Assembly (NCBI GenBank): GCA_017627255.1
Contig: JAGAHD010000026.1
Location: 1-60,266 of the forward strand
DNA from: Bacteroidales bacterium
GTDB taxonomy: Bacteria; Bacteroidota; Bacteroidia; Bacteroidales; UBA932
DNA length: 60,266 nucleotides
Direction: 5' to 3'
Below the pieces are notes generated by a model, which worked only from the letters and a program-made list of their open reading frames with translations, was not told where the DNA came from and ran no database searches. Shown here one piece after another: positions 7,070-17,081 of this stretch. Made by a program: the position numbers and the translations under genes. Every line of letters starts with the position of its first letter. The first letter of the stretch is position 1.

Positions 7070-8071
7070 TTATTTTTCATTATTTTTCCACTCAAAAGAA
7101 TAAAGGATCGATTCCACCTGGCGGAGATACTGCCGCTTGTCATACTTGGGAGCATAAACAAACGCTTCTAAGACAATGATGTCCTTCCCGTCGGGGCTGT
7201 AAAACGAGTGCGAGACGAAAGGTCCGCCCATGAAATCGCCTTCCACCTCCCAGAAGCCACGGGTTTCCATGAAATCCCGTCCATGGAACTTCAGGGAACG
7301 GGTCACCGGCTCAAAGGCAGTGGAGGTCGTCATATACGTTCCGTCAAACATGCCGGGGACATTGGCCTGCATTACTTCATTGCGCCGGGCGATGATATTC
7401 TCCATGGTAAAATTGTCGGCAGGAAGCGCCGGATACCGGTATAGGAGCACCGTCTGGATGGTGTACTGTTTTTCGTCGGCGATCCACACGAAATCACCCG
7501 TAGTCTTGCGGAGTTTGTAACCCGAGGGGAAATGAAGGATTCCGCCCGTAAGCTTCTCCACCGGATCCCGGAGGGTCAGTTCCTCGTACAGGATGGAATT
7601 GGCGATGATGCGGTCCCGCTCGGCCTGTTCGAAGAATTCAGAAAGCTGCTCCCCTGCTCCGGAGAGCACCTCCAGGGCTCCCTCCTCGTCGAATGCATTG
7701 ACCTGCGCGACGGACTGGGGTTTGGCCCACTGGTCCTTCTTGTAAACCATCCCGCTCTGCTGGTTCTGGGGATTGATATTCAGGATCAGGATGTTCCGGT
7801 GCATCTTGAACATATTGTTGAAGCTTCCGGGAGGGACGTTGGCCAGTGAGAAGAGCGGCTCTCTCTGGGCCAGGTACGGACAGTCACTGGCAAGAAGCTC
7901 CCGCATCTTGTTGCCGATATTCCCCTCCCAGTTATCCTTGTCAATGACGACGACGATTTCGCCGGCCTTGCCGCTGACATTGGGGAGAAGGGGCCCCTTG
8001 CTTTTCCCCTTGCAGCCCGTAAGGGCAAGTACGAGGGCCGCGAGAGCCCAGAGTGTGAAAAAACGTTTCAT
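7070..8071 (-). CDS. DUF4837 family lipoprotein
   Basis: Lipobox LTGC; RGFWEVEGDFMGGPFVS and EAFVYAPKYDKRQYLRQVESIL motifs. Confidence 0.85.
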   Translation of the reverse strand: MKRFFTLWALAALVLALTGCKGKSKGPLLPNVSGKAGEIVVVIDKDNWEGNIGNKMRELLASDCPYLAQREPLFSLANVPPGSFNNMFKMHRNILILNINPQNQQSGMVYKKDQWAKPQSVAQVNAFDEEGALEVLSGAGEQLSEFFEQAERDRIIANSILYEELTLRDPVEKLTGGILHFPSGYKLRKTTGDFVWIADEKQYTIQTVLLYRYPALPADNFTMENIIARRNEVMQANVPGMFDGTYMTTSTAFEPVTRSLKFHGRDFMETRGFWEVEGDFMGGPFVSHSFYSPDGKDIIVLEAFVYAPKYDKRQYLRQVESILYSFEWKNNEK

Positions 8072-8085
8072 ATCCAGTATTGTGT

Positions 8086-9420
8086 TTATCTGATCAGTCT
8101 TCCGATATCGTTGCCGAAGGCCAGGATCATGAGCATCACCAACAAGGCCATACCCACCAGCTGGGCCACCACAAGGAACTTGTCACCGGGCTTCCGGCCC
8201 GTCAGGATTTCATAGAGGCAGATGACGATATGGCCGCCATCCAGGGCCGGTATCGGCAGCAGGTTCATCACTCCCAGCATAATCGACAGGAGCGCGAGGA
8301 TCGTCAGGAACTGGTACCAGTCCCAATTGCTCGGAAACACCTGCCCGATGGCGATGAAACTGCCCACCGACTTGTAGGCTTCCGTTTTCGGCGTCGCGAC
8401 CAGCTTCAGGTCCTGCAGATATCCGCCGATTGTGGTAAAAGTCTTCCGGAAACCCGCAGGGACCGCCTCGAGGACGGAGTATTCCCGGCGTTCATATCCC
8501 GGAAAGACCGTATAGACACCGACCTTTCCTGTCGAATCCACCTGAAGATCCACCCGGAGGGAATCCCCATTTCGGAGCATGTCCACGGCAACGCTCCCGC
8601 CGGCATGGTCCCCGAAAACCGGGCGTGCATCCTGCAGGTAAGTCACCGGTTCCCCTTCCACGGAAACAATCCGGTCGCCATGGGCCAGGCGTCCGGCATT
8701 GGGGGAATCCGCCAGTACGGTATCCACGACGAAGGGAACCGCCAGGTCGAACATCCCGGGCGTGTTGAGCACCTCGCCGATCCGCGCCTGGTCGATATAG
8801 ATGTCCAGAGTATCGGCTCCCCGGAGGACCGTCACTTTCCGGACATCCCGACGGGCCAGGTCGAGCTGGAGCGAGGAGAAATCAGCAGGGACATAATCGT
8901 CCATCCGGAGGATCCGGTCGCCGGAACGGAATCCCATCTCATAGGCCAGATCATTGACATAGATGGCATTCCCCTCATTCTTCAGGTAGGCGTCTCCCCA
9001 AATGGCCAGGATGGCGGTATAGGAGAGGATCGCAAAGATGAAATTGTACAGGACGCCGCCGGACATCACCAGCAGCCGCTGCCAGGCAGGCTTGGTCCGG
9101 AATTCCCAGGGCTGGGGCTCCTGCCCGAGCGAATCCGTATCGAGGGATTCGTCCACCATGCCGGCGATTTTGCAGTAACCGCCCAGGGGCAGCCATCCGA
9201 TGCCGTATTCCGTTTCCCACTTCGCAGCTTTAGGGCAGATCTTCACAAACCAGGGGGCCTTCGTCGAGAAAAGCTTCACCCCGCCCATGTCGAAAAACAA
9301 GAAGAACTTGTCCACCCGGATATGGAACAACTTGGCAAACGTGAAATGGCCGAGCTCGTGGATCACGATGAGCACGGAAAGCGCCAGGATCACCTGGAGG
9401 GTTTTCATCAGCACTACCAT
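8086..9420 (-). CDS. rseP: RIP metalloprotease RseP
   Basis: HELGH, NLLPIPALDGGH and a PDZ region; follows dxr. Confidence 0.95.
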   Translation of the reverse strand: MVVLMKTLQVILALSVLIVIHELGHFTFAKLFHIRVDKFFLFFDMGGVKLFSTKAPWFVKICPKAAKWETEYGIGWLPLGGYCKIAGMVDESLDTDSLGQEPQPWEFRTKPAWQRLLVMSGGVLYNFIFAILSYTAILAIWGDAYLKNEGNAIYVNDLAYEMGFRSGDRILRMDDYVPADFSSLQLDLARRDVRKVTVLRGADTLDIYIDQARIGEVLNTPGMFDLAVPFVVDTVLADSPNAGRLAHGDRIVSVEGEPVTYLQDARPVFGDHAGGSVAVDMLRNGDSLRVDLQVDSTGKVGVYTVFPGYERREYSVLEAVPAGFRKTFTTIGGYLQDLKLVATPKTEAYKSVGSFIAIGQVFPSNWDWYQFLTILALLSIMLGVMNLLPIPALDGGHIVICLYEILTGRKPGDKFLVVAQLVGMALLVMLMILAFGNDIGRLIR

Positions 9421-10562
9421 ATCTTCGAAAGGGCATGGTGGAACGCGGTTTCGTTCGTCGCGTAAATGTCGTCCAGGGTGGGCTCCGCTACAAATTCCGT
9501 GCGCGACAGGACATCCTGCGCAACGGCAGCGATGTCATAGAAACCGATCCTGTCCTGCAGGTAAGCCGCTACCGCCGCCTCATTGGCCGCGTTCAGGGCG
9601 CACGGAATGTTCCCGCCGCGTCCGATGGCATCGAACGCCAACTGGAGGCAGGGGAATTTATCCAGGTCCGGATCATAAAAAGTCATGCCGCTCAAGGCGC
9701 TGAAATCCAGCTTTTTGTTATTCAGCGACAGGCGCTCGGGAAATGAGAGGGCCAGTTGGATCGGCTCGCGCATGTCCGGACAGCCGAGCTGGGCGATGAC
9801 CGCCCCGTCGTCGAACTCCACCATCGAATGGATGACCGATTCGGGATGGACCACGACATGGATCCGCTCCGGCGCTACGTCAAAGAGCCATTTGGCCTCG
9901 ATCACCTCGAACCCCTTGTTCATCATGGTCGCCGAATCGATGGTGATCTTCGCACCCATGTTCCAGTTGGGATGTTTCAGCGCCAGGTCCTTGCCGGCCA
10001 CTTCGATCTGTTCCCGGGGCCAGGTCCGGAACGGTCCCCCGGAGGCCGTCAGATGGATCCTCCGGATCGGGTTCCCGCAAGCGCCCAGCAGGCACTGGAA
10101 GATGGCGGAATGCTCGGAATCCACCGGCAGGATGCTGACGCCCTGGCGGCGGGCTTCCCGCATGACGATGGACCCTGCCGCAACCAGGGTCTCCTTGTTG
10201 GCCAGGGCAATCGTCTTCCCCGCGCCGATGGCGGCGAGGGTCGGGCGCAGTCCGCTGAAACCGACCATCGAAGCGACGACGATGTCCACCTCCGGAAGCG
10301 TCACCAGGTCGCAGGCGGCACCGATGCCGGCATGGACCTCCGTACCGGAACCCTCCAGCGCCCCTTTCAGGTCCGCATACTTGTCCTTGTTGCAGATCAC
10401 CGCATGCTTCACGCCGAATTCCCTGGCCTGGGAAGCCAGCAGGGAGGCGCTGTTGTTGGCAGTAATCAATGTCACCTCAAAACGGTCCGGATGCTGCCGG
10501 ACCACATCCAGGGTCTGTTGTCCGATCGATCCCGTCGACCCCAATATCGCGATTTTCCTCAT
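9414..10562 (-). CDS. dxr: 1-deoxy-D-xylulose-5-phosphate reductoisomerase
   Basis: GSTGSIG, LANKE, PVDSEHSA, HPNWNMGAKITIDSATMMNKG. Confidence 0.98.
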   Translation of the reverse strand: MRKIAILGSTGSIGQQTLDVVRQHPDRFEVTLITANNSASLLASQAREFGVKHAVICNKDKYADLKGALEGSGTEVHAGIGAACDLVTLPEVDIVVASMVGFSGLRPTLAAIGAGKTIALANKETLVAAGSIVMREARRQGVSILPVDSEHSAIFQCLLGACGNPIRRIHLTASGGPFRTWPREQIEVAGKDLALKHPNWNMGAKITIDSATMMNKGFEVIEAKWLFDVAPERIHVVVHPESVIHSMVEFDDGAVIAQLGCPDMREPIQLALSFPERLSLNNKKLDFSALSGMTFYDPDLDKFPCLQLAFDAIGRGGNIPCALNAANEAAVAAYLQDRIGFYDIAAVAQDVLSRTEFVAEPTLDDIYATNETAFHHALSKIW

Positions 10563-10565
10563 GGT

Positions 10566-11417
10566 CTAAAAACTGATGTACTGTGCCGGATCCACCGCTT
10601 CCCCGGCATACCAGAGTTCAAAATGGAGATGGTCCCCGGTGGTCAGCGAACCGGAATTCCCGACCAGTGCGACCGGGGTTCCGGCCTTTACCTTATCCCC
10701 CGTCTTATGAAGCAGTTTTTCGTTGTGCTTGTAAAAAGACACGATATCCCCCTTGTGCTGGATGGCGAGGGTGTAACCCGTGTCGTCATCCCATCCCGAG
10801 AAGACCACGGTCCCGTCCAGCACGGACATGACCACCGAACCCGGCGGCGCGGTGATGTCCAGGTACGGATGGACGGCCCGGTCGAATCCTTGGGAAACCA
10901 CGCCCTTGACCGGCGTAAAGAACGCCACGGCTTCAATCGGCAGGTTGCGGGTAACACCGGAAACCTCGAACTGCTCCTGGCCGGTCACGTCAGCCCGCAG
11001 CAGGGAATCCCTGCGGGCCAGGGTTCCGTCATCCGCCAGGCGGCGCTCCGCCTGGTTCCTCAGGATCAGGCTGTCAAGCCGGATCGGTTCTTCTCCGGCG
11101 ACCACCTTTTTCAGGTTTTCGGTATACAGTTCCCATTGGAGGATAGATGTTTCCAGTGAATCCACACGGAGTGCGTTCTGGAGCGCCTGATGACGGGTAC
11201 GGGCATCCGGATACCCCGGAATGAACGTCCTGAGCGGTGTAAATGCGATCAGCAGGAAAAACAGGACCAGCAGGAGAAGGGCACCGCTCACCGCCCCGAC
11301 AATCAACCAGGTACGGTCGAAGGACCAGGCCCAGAGCCGCTCATGGGAAACGGCGTCCGTCAGTGCCAGACGGTATTTGCGTCCCTTCCCGGATGTATTG
11401 TTCTTGTCAATAGCCAT
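10566..11417 (-). CDS. M23 family metallopeptidase
   Basis: TM helix, HPYLD, YKHN, HLHFE. Start set at ATG 11417. Confidence 0.9.
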   Translation of the reverse strand: MAIDKNNTSGKGRKYRLALTDAVSHERLWAWSFDRTWLIVGAVSGALLLLVLFFLLIAFTPLRTFIPGYPDARTRHQALQNALRVDSLETSILQWELYTENLKKVVAGEEPIRLDSLILRNQAERRLADDGTLARRDSLLRADVTGQEQFEVSGVTRNLPIEAVAFFTPVKGVVSQGFDRAVHPYLDITAPPGSVVMSVLDGTVVFSGWDDDTGYTLAIQHKGDIVSFYKHNEKLLHKTGDKVKAGTPVALVGNSGSLTTGDHLHFELWYAGEAVDPAQYISF

Positions 11418-11425
11418 AAAAATGT

Positions 11426-11433
11426 TATCTTTG
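11426..11433 (+). promoter_or_regulatory. Bacteroidota -7 promoter element for ruvX-def
   Basis: TATCTTTG(CA) 6 nt before ATG 11440. Confidence 0.6.
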
Positions 11434-11439
11434 CATCCT

Positions 11440-11925
11440 ATGGACAGAATCATCGGAATAGACTATGGACGAAAACGCACCGGCCTGGCGGCCAGCGATC
11501 CGCTCCGTATCTTTGCCACTGCCCTGGACACGGTCGATTCTACAAAGTTAATAGATTATCTCAAAAATTACGCCGAAAAAGAGACAATCATCCGTTTTGT
11601 AGTGGGATACCCTGTCAACCTGGACGGTTCACCGTCCGAAGCGCTGAGCGATGTGGATGCGTTCCTGAAAACGCTCGGAAAAACCTTTCCGGACATCCCC
11701 GTGACCCTTGAAGACGAACGGTTCACCTCCGTACTCGCCCACCGGATCATGATCGACGGAGGGATGAAAGCCAAAGACCGGCGCAACAAAGCCTCCGTCG
11801 ACCGGATCAGCGCCGCCATTCTCCTGCAGGACTACCTCGACCGGAGTTCGGGTGCGGTTTTTGCAGTCAATCCTGATTCCGTTCCGGAGAGCATGTCCCG
11901 GAACAAGACCCGAAAAAAGAGATGA
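11440..11925 (+). CDS. ruvX: Holliday junction resolvase-like / pre-16S rRNA nuclease YqgF
   Basis: RIIGIDYGRKRTGLA, VVGYP, DERFTS, VDRISAAILLQDYL. True start ATG 11440. Confidence 0.95.
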   Translation: MDRIIGIDYGRKRTGLAASDPLRIFATALDTVDSTKLIDYLKNYAEKETIIRFVVGYPVNLDGSPSEALSDVDAFLKTLGKTFPDIPVTLEDERFTSVLAHRIMIDGGMKAKDRRNKASVDRISAAILLQDYLDRSSGAVFAVNPDSVPESMSRNKTRKKR

Positions 11926-12476
11926 TACAACCGATTTATCTATACGGCTCCGAAGTGCTCCGCAAAAAAGCACAGGAAGCCGACCTCGAAAAGAAAGAGG
12001 AACTTACCGCCCTCATCCAGGACCTGAAAGACACACTCCAGCATGCCGACGGCTGCGGCCTGGCCGCCCCCCAGATCGGGGTCAGCCTGCGCGTAGTCAT
12101 CGTGGACGGAGATGTCGTTTCCGATGTATACGATTATCTGAAGGGGTTCCGTCGTGTTTTCATCAACCCGGTCATCCTGGAGGAAAGCGAAGAGAAAACA
12201 ACCTATCAGGAGGGATGCCTGAGCATCCCGAACCTGTACTGCGATGTCGTCCGCCCCGCCCGGATCACGGTGGAATACTACAACGAGCGTTTCGAAAAAG
12301 TGACTGAAACGTTCGACAAATTCGGATGCCGCATGATCCAGCACGAACTGTCCCACCTGGACGGAAACCTGTTCACGGACAACGTTCCCCCGATCCGCAA
12401 GAAGATGATTGCGGGCAAGCTCCAGAACATCGCCAAGGGGAAAGTCCACCCGCACTACAACAGTAAACTGAAATAA
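11922..12476 (+). CDS. def: Peptide deformylase
   Basis: GCGLAAPQIG, EGCLS, QHELSHLDG. Confidence 0.97.
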   Translation: MIQPIYLYGSEVLRKKAQEADLEKKEELTALIQDLKDTLQHADGCGLAAPQIGVSLRVVIVDGDVVSDVYDYLKGFRRVFINPVILEESEEKTTYQEGCLSIPNLYCDVVRPARITVEYYNERFEKVTETFDKFGCRMIQHELSHLDGNLFTDNVPPIRKKMIAGKLQNIAKGKVHPHYNSKLK

Positions 12477-12494
12477 AACCAAACCTCATCCATT

Positions 12495-13856
12495 ATGGGA
12501 GCATTCCATGCTTACGACATACGCGGAATCTACAATGTAGATTTCGACAAAGAGACGGCCTACAAGGTCGGTTATTTCCTTCCTGAGCTGCTCGGCGCAG
12601 ACAGGGTCCTCGTGGGCCGCGACTGCCGGACCTCCTCAGACGAAATCCACGAATACCTGCTCAAGGGCATCACCGATGCCGGTGCGGACGTGTACGACAT
12701 TGGCCTGAGCACTACGCCGATGGTATATTTCGGCACCGCCCATTACGGCTTCAAGGCCTCCGTCCAGATCACCGCTTCTCATAATCCCGCCGAATACAAC
12801 GGCATGAAAGTCTCCCGGGAGAATGCCCTTCCGGTAGGTCTGGCCACCGGCCTCGGCACCATCCAGGAATGGATCGAATCCGGAAAGCCAACCCCCTCAG
12901 CCGCCGTTAAGGGGTCCGTCTACCAGAAAGATATCCACCAGGATTACCTGGATTTCCTCCTCCGGTACAAGGCCGACCTCTCCTGCCTGAAGGTGGCATT
13001 CGACCTTTCCAATGGCATGGCCAATCTCTACGCGAAGGAAATCTTCGGTGAAACGCCGGCTTATTTGTTCGATACGCTCGACGGACGGTTCCCCAACCAT
13101 GAGCCCAACCCTCTCATTCCCAAGAACGTAGCCGCCCTCAGGGAACTGGTTGGCAAGACCGGTGCGGATATCGGCGTCATCTTCGACGGAGATGCCGACC
13201 GGGTCATGTTCGTGGACGAGAAGGCCCAGTTCATCTCCCCCGACCTGATCATCGCCCTGCTGGGCCATTATTTCATCGGAGAGCGGAATGAAAAGGGCAT
13301 CGTCCTCCAGGACATCCGTTCCTCCAAGGCCATCGGAGAGTATCTCGAACCCATGGGCGGGGAAGTGTACACCTGGAAAGTGGGACGCGCCAATGCCGCT
13401 CTCAAGCTGCGGGAACTGGACGGCGTATGGGGCGGCGAACTGGCAGGCCATTACTACTTCCGCGATTTCTTCTACAGTGACAGCGGCCTGCTGGCTGCCT
13501 TGCTGGTCCTCCGCGTAGTCGCTTCCCTCAAGAAGCAGGGTATTTCCCTCAGCCAGGCCATCGGACGCATCGCGCGTTATGAGAACTCCGGTGAAATCAA
13601 TTTCCGCGTCGACGACAAGCAAGGGGCCATGGATGCCGTCAAGGAGCATTTCATGGGCGCCGAAAAAGCCACTGCCTTCATGGATTTCGACGGTTACCGG
13701 ATCGAATTCCCGCAGTGGTGGCTCAACATCCGTCCGTCCAATACCGAGCCCTACCTCCGCTTCCTGTGCGAGGCTACCTCGAAGGACCTTCTGGAGGCGA
13801 AGATCGCCGAGACCGAGGAGATCCTCACCAACCGCTTCGGCGCAATCCGCAGTTAG
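12495..13856 (+). CDS. Phosphomannomutase/phosphoglucomutase
   Basis: AYDIRG, ITASHNP, FDGDADR, GELAGH, RPSNTEP. Confidence 0.93.
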   Translation: MGAFHAYDIRGIYNVDFDKETAYKVGYFLPELLGADRVLVGRDCRTSSDEIHEYLLKGITDAGADVYDIGLSTTPMVYFGTAHYGFKASVQITASHNPAEYNGMKVSRENALPVGLATGLGTIQEWIESGKPTPSAAVKGSVYQKDIHQDYLDFLLRYKADLSCLKVAFDLSNGMANLYAKEIFGETPAYLFDTLDGRFPNHEPNPLIPKNVAALRELVGKTGADIGVIFDGDADRVMFVDEKAQFISPDLIIALLGHYFIGERNEKGIVLQDIRSSKAIGEYLEPMGGEVYTWKVGRANAALKLRELDGVWGGELAGHYYFRDFFYSDSGLLAALLVLRVVASLKKQGISLSQAIGRIARYENSGEINFRVDDKQGAMDAVKEHFMGAEKATAFMDFDGYRIEFPQWWLNIRPSNTEPYLRFLCEATSKDLLEAKIAETEEILTNRFGAIRS

Positions 13857-13857
13857 C

Positions 13858-14892
13858 ATGGACGCCCGGAACCTGTTTCTCTGCTTAACGGCGCTCTTCG
13901 CCTCTCTGGCGGCCGGAGCGCAGGATATGCCGGACTCCACCCGTTATTCCTTCGGGCGGCAGCCCGTGAAGTCCTCCTACACCAGCGGATCGCCCTATGC
14001 CGACACCCTTGACACCGAGAACCCGGCCGTCAAGGTCCTGCTCTTCAACAACGGTACCTACCGATATGTCAAGGACCCCAAGATCGTCGCCGACAATAAG
14101 GTGTTCACCGAGCACTGGGACACCCGGAGCGTCAATCCCTATCATGACGAGACTCCCCTTCCGGACCGGTTCACCCTCTGGATCGTAGATACGCTCGACT
14201 CCTACTGCTGCCCGAACCAGACGACACCGTCATCCAAATTCGGCTACCGGCACGGACGCCGGCACCAGGGTATTGACCTTCCCTATCCGAAAGGCACGCC
14301 GGTGTATGCCGCCTTCGACGGCAAAGTCCGCATTTCCGAATGGGTCGGCGGTTATGGCAACCTGGTTGTGATCCGCCATGCCAACGGCCTCGAGACATTC
14401 TATGGACATCTGTCCGAAAGCAAGGTCAAACCGGGTGACTGGGTCAATGCCGGCGACGTAATCGCCCTCGGTGGATCGACCGGACGCTCTACGGGTCCCC
14501 ACCTGCATTTCGAGACCCGTTACAAAGGCTACGCCTTCGATCCTAACTGGCTGATCGACTTTGAATCAGGAACCCTCCGTCACCGGCTCCTGCGGATGCG
14601 CAGCTGGTATTTCAACCCTAACAGCCGCTATGTCCAGAGCGTGGATGACGAGGATGAGATCTTCCGTTCCGATGAGGAAGACCGCCAGTTGGAGGAAGAA
14701 AAAGCCAAGCAGGAAGCGGCCGCCCGCGCTGCCGCTGAAGCCGCTGCCGTGAAATACTACAGGGTCCGCTCCGGTGACACCCTGGGCAAGATTGCCAAGA
14801 AACACCGCACCACGGTCCGGAACCTGTGCCGCCTCAACGGTATCAAGGAGACAACAACGCTCCAAATCGGCCGGCGGCTGAGAGTCCGGTAA
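13858..14892 (+). CDS. M23 peptidase with C-terminal LysM domain
   Basis: Signal peptide from ATG 13858; HQGID, YGHL, STGPHLHFE; LysM YRVRSGDTLGKIA. Confidence 0.92.
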   Translation: MDARNLFLCLTALFASLAAGAQDMPDSTRYSFGRQPVKSSYTSGSPYADTLDTENPAVKVLLFNNGTYRYVKDPKIVADNKVFTEHWDTRSVNPYHDETPLPDRFTLWIVDTLDSYCCPNQTTPSSKFGYRHGRRHQGIDLPYPKGTPVYAAFDGKVRISEWVGGYGNLVVIRHANGLETFYGHLSESKVKPGDWVNAGDVIALGGSTGRSTGPHLHFETRYKGYAFDPNWLIDFESGTLRHRLLRMRSWYFNPNSRYVQSVDDEDEIFRSDEEDRQLEEEKAKQEAAARAAAEAAAVKYYRVRSGDTLGKIAKKHRTTVRNLCRLNGIKETTTLQIGRRLRVR

Positions 14893-14919
14893 TCCCTTCT
14901 CCCGGCCCGTTGCCGGGAG

Positions 14920-15549
14920 CTATTTCGTCCCGAAAATACGGTCTCCGGCATCGCCGAGACCCGGGACGATGTAGGCGTTCTCGTTGAGATGATCGTCTAC
15001 CGCGGCGACATAGATGTCCACGTCCGGATGCTCAGCCTGCACCTTGGCAATGCCTTCGGGCACGCTCACCAGGCACATCAGGCGGATATTCGTACAGCCC
15101 CGCTCCTTGAGCATGGACAAGGCGTCGCAGGCACTTCCGCCCGTAGCCAGCATCGGATCGGTCACGATAACCAGACGGTCCTGTATGTCCTCCGGAAGCT
15201 TGCAGTAATAGACGACAGGTTTATGGGTTTCCTCATTGCGATACAGGCCGATATGCCCCACCTTCGCAACGGGGACGAGGGTCTGCAGGCCTTCTACCAT
15301 GCCCATGCCGGCCCTCAGGATCGGGACGATCGCGAGTTTCCGGCCCGAGACTTCCTTCGCCGTCATCCGGCAGATCGGAGTCTCTATCTCAATGTCTTCC
15401 AGCGGAATGTCACGGGTGACTTCATATCCCATCAGAAGGGAGATTTCTTTCAGGAGTTCCCGGAAATCCTTGGATCCGGTACTTTTTTTCCGCATGATCG
15501 TCAGCTTGTGCTGGATCATCGGATGGTCGATAACATGCAGTTGACTCAT
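14920..15549 (-). CDS. upp: Uracil phosphoribosyltransferase (Firmicutes-like sequence type)
   Basis: [48 protein letters not shown]. Start ATG 15549 (209 aa). Confidence 0.96.
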   Translation of the reverse strand: MSQLHVIDHPMIQHKLTIMRKKSTGSKDFRELLKEISLLMGYEVTRDIPLEDIEIETPICRMTAKEVSGRKLAIVPILRAGMGMVEGLQTLVPVAKVGHIGLYRNEETHKPVVYYCKLPEDIQDRLVIVTDPMLATGGSACDALSMLKERGCTNIRLMCLVSVPEGIAKVQAEHPDVDIYVAAVDDHLNENAYIVPGLGDAGDRIFGTK

Positions 15550-15646
15550 GATAAAGAAATGGGTTAGCGGGAGTAAAGTTACCGCTTTTGCCCGTCTTTT
15601 CAAAGTATCGTTGGATATTTCGAAGGAAATGACTTTATTTGTTCCC

Positions 15647-16963
15647 ATGAAAACGAAGAAAGCACTCCCCATCTCCATGACGGTATTTGGCATCATCCTT
15701 CTCGGAGGCTGCCTGTATCTGGACCGGCTCATGCCCATCATCACCGGCTATGCGGCCAAGAACCTGGCCTCCGCCGTATTCGTCTCCGGACGGGAACCCT
15801 CCGACGTGGAGGACATTGACCTCCATTTTTCCTTCATCCAGTTCAATCACAACAAGGTTGATTATGAGAACCGTACGGTAACAAGCCGTTTCCTGTGGCG
15901 CAAGTCCGTGGCGGTTTACCGGGAGGGATACGGCGTCACGCTGCTCCGCGGCGGAAAGGCGGCGGACCTTGCGCCGTATCCGCTGGAGCCGGATACCCTG
16001 CAGCCCCGGCCGATGGTTCCGGGCGATTCCGCCTATGCAGCAGCACTCTCCCCCATCGCCAAGGCGCTGGTCGATGACCGGTCGTACAACGGTACTCCCT
16101 TCGCTTTTGTCGTCCTGCATCGGGGCGGCCTGGTCGCGGAACGCTACCGGGAAGGGTTTTCCGCACAGACCCGCCTTCTCAGCTGGAGCATGGCCAAGAG
16201 TTTCACCAATGCCCTTATCGGGCTTATGGTCCGGGACTCCCTGGTCGACGTCAACGCCCCCATGGACATCCCCCAGTGGCAGGGAGATGACCGGAAGGCC
16301 ATCACCCTCAACAACCTCATGCAGATGCAGAGCGGCCTTTCCTGGAACGAGAACTATGGCAACCGGTCCGATGTGAACCTCATGCTCCACCGGGAGACGG
16401 ACATGGGCATCTATCCGCTGGAAAAGCCGCTGGAGCACAAACCCGGCACCCACTGGTACTACTCCAGCGGAAACACCAATATCGTCATGCGCTACCTGCG
16501 CGGCCAGTTCCCTTCCGATACAGCCTTCCTCTCCTACCAAAGGGAACAGTTGTTCGCCCCCCTCGGCATCCGGAATGCAGTATTCGAACCCGACATGAGC
16601 GGAACTCCGGTGGGCTCCTCCTACCTGTATGCAACGGCTCGTGACTATGCCCGTTTCGGCCAGCTCTTCCTGGACGACGGCTGCGTGGACGGCACGCGGA
16701 TCCTTCCGGAAGGCTGGGTAGACTATACCGTGACACCCGCCTCCGCCAGCGGAGGACAATACGGGGCCTTCTTCTGGCTGAACCGGGGCGGTACCTACCC
16801 CGACGCACCGGAAGACCTCTTCGAGTGCCGCGGACATGACGGGCAGGAAATCTTCATCATTCCTTCAAAGGAACTCGTCGTCGTTGTCCTCGGATACTCT
16901 CCGAAACCCGACCATGCGATCCAGTGGAACCGCCTGCTGAAGGATATCATCGAGGCCCGATAA
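15647..16963 (+). CDS. Serine hydrolase, beta-lactamase class C-like fold
   Basis: SWSMAKS (SxxK), [19 protein letters not shown]; N-terminal TM. Start ATG 15647. Confidence 0.88.
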   Translation: MKTKKALPISMTVFGIILLGGCLYLDRLMPIITGYAAKNLASAVFVSGREPSDVEDIDLHFSFIQFNHNKVDYENRTVTSRFLWRKSVAVYREGYGVTLLRGGKAADLAPYPLEPDTLQPRPMVPGDSAYAAALSPIAKALVDDRSYNGTPFAFVVLHRGGLVAERYREGFSAQTRLLSWSMAKSFTNALIGLMVRDSLVDVNAPMDIPQWQGDDRKAITLNNLMQMQSGLSWNENYGNRSDVNLMLHRETDMGIYPLEKPLEHKPGTHWYYSSGNTNIVMRYLRGQFPSDTAFLSYQREQLFAPLGIRNAVFEPDMSGTPVGSSYLYATARDYARFGQLFLDDGCVDGTRILPEGWVDYTVTPASASGGQYGAFFWLNRGGTYPDAPEDLFECRGHDGQEIFIIPSKELVVVVLGYSPKPDHAIQWNRLLKDIIEAR

Positions 16964-17081
16964 CCGGAAACTTCCGGGAGCGAGGGCAACCGGCAGAGAG
17001 CCATACCTCACCGACAGCATACAAAAAAGGCGACCAATCACTGATCAGTCGCCCATTTGATCTATACAGAGGACAGAAGCT

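Noticed and set aside
15647-16963. Possible antibiotic-resistance beta-lactamase
   Set aside because: The SxxK/YSS fold is shared by many esterases and amidases; nothing in the sequence or context indicates resistance or mobility.
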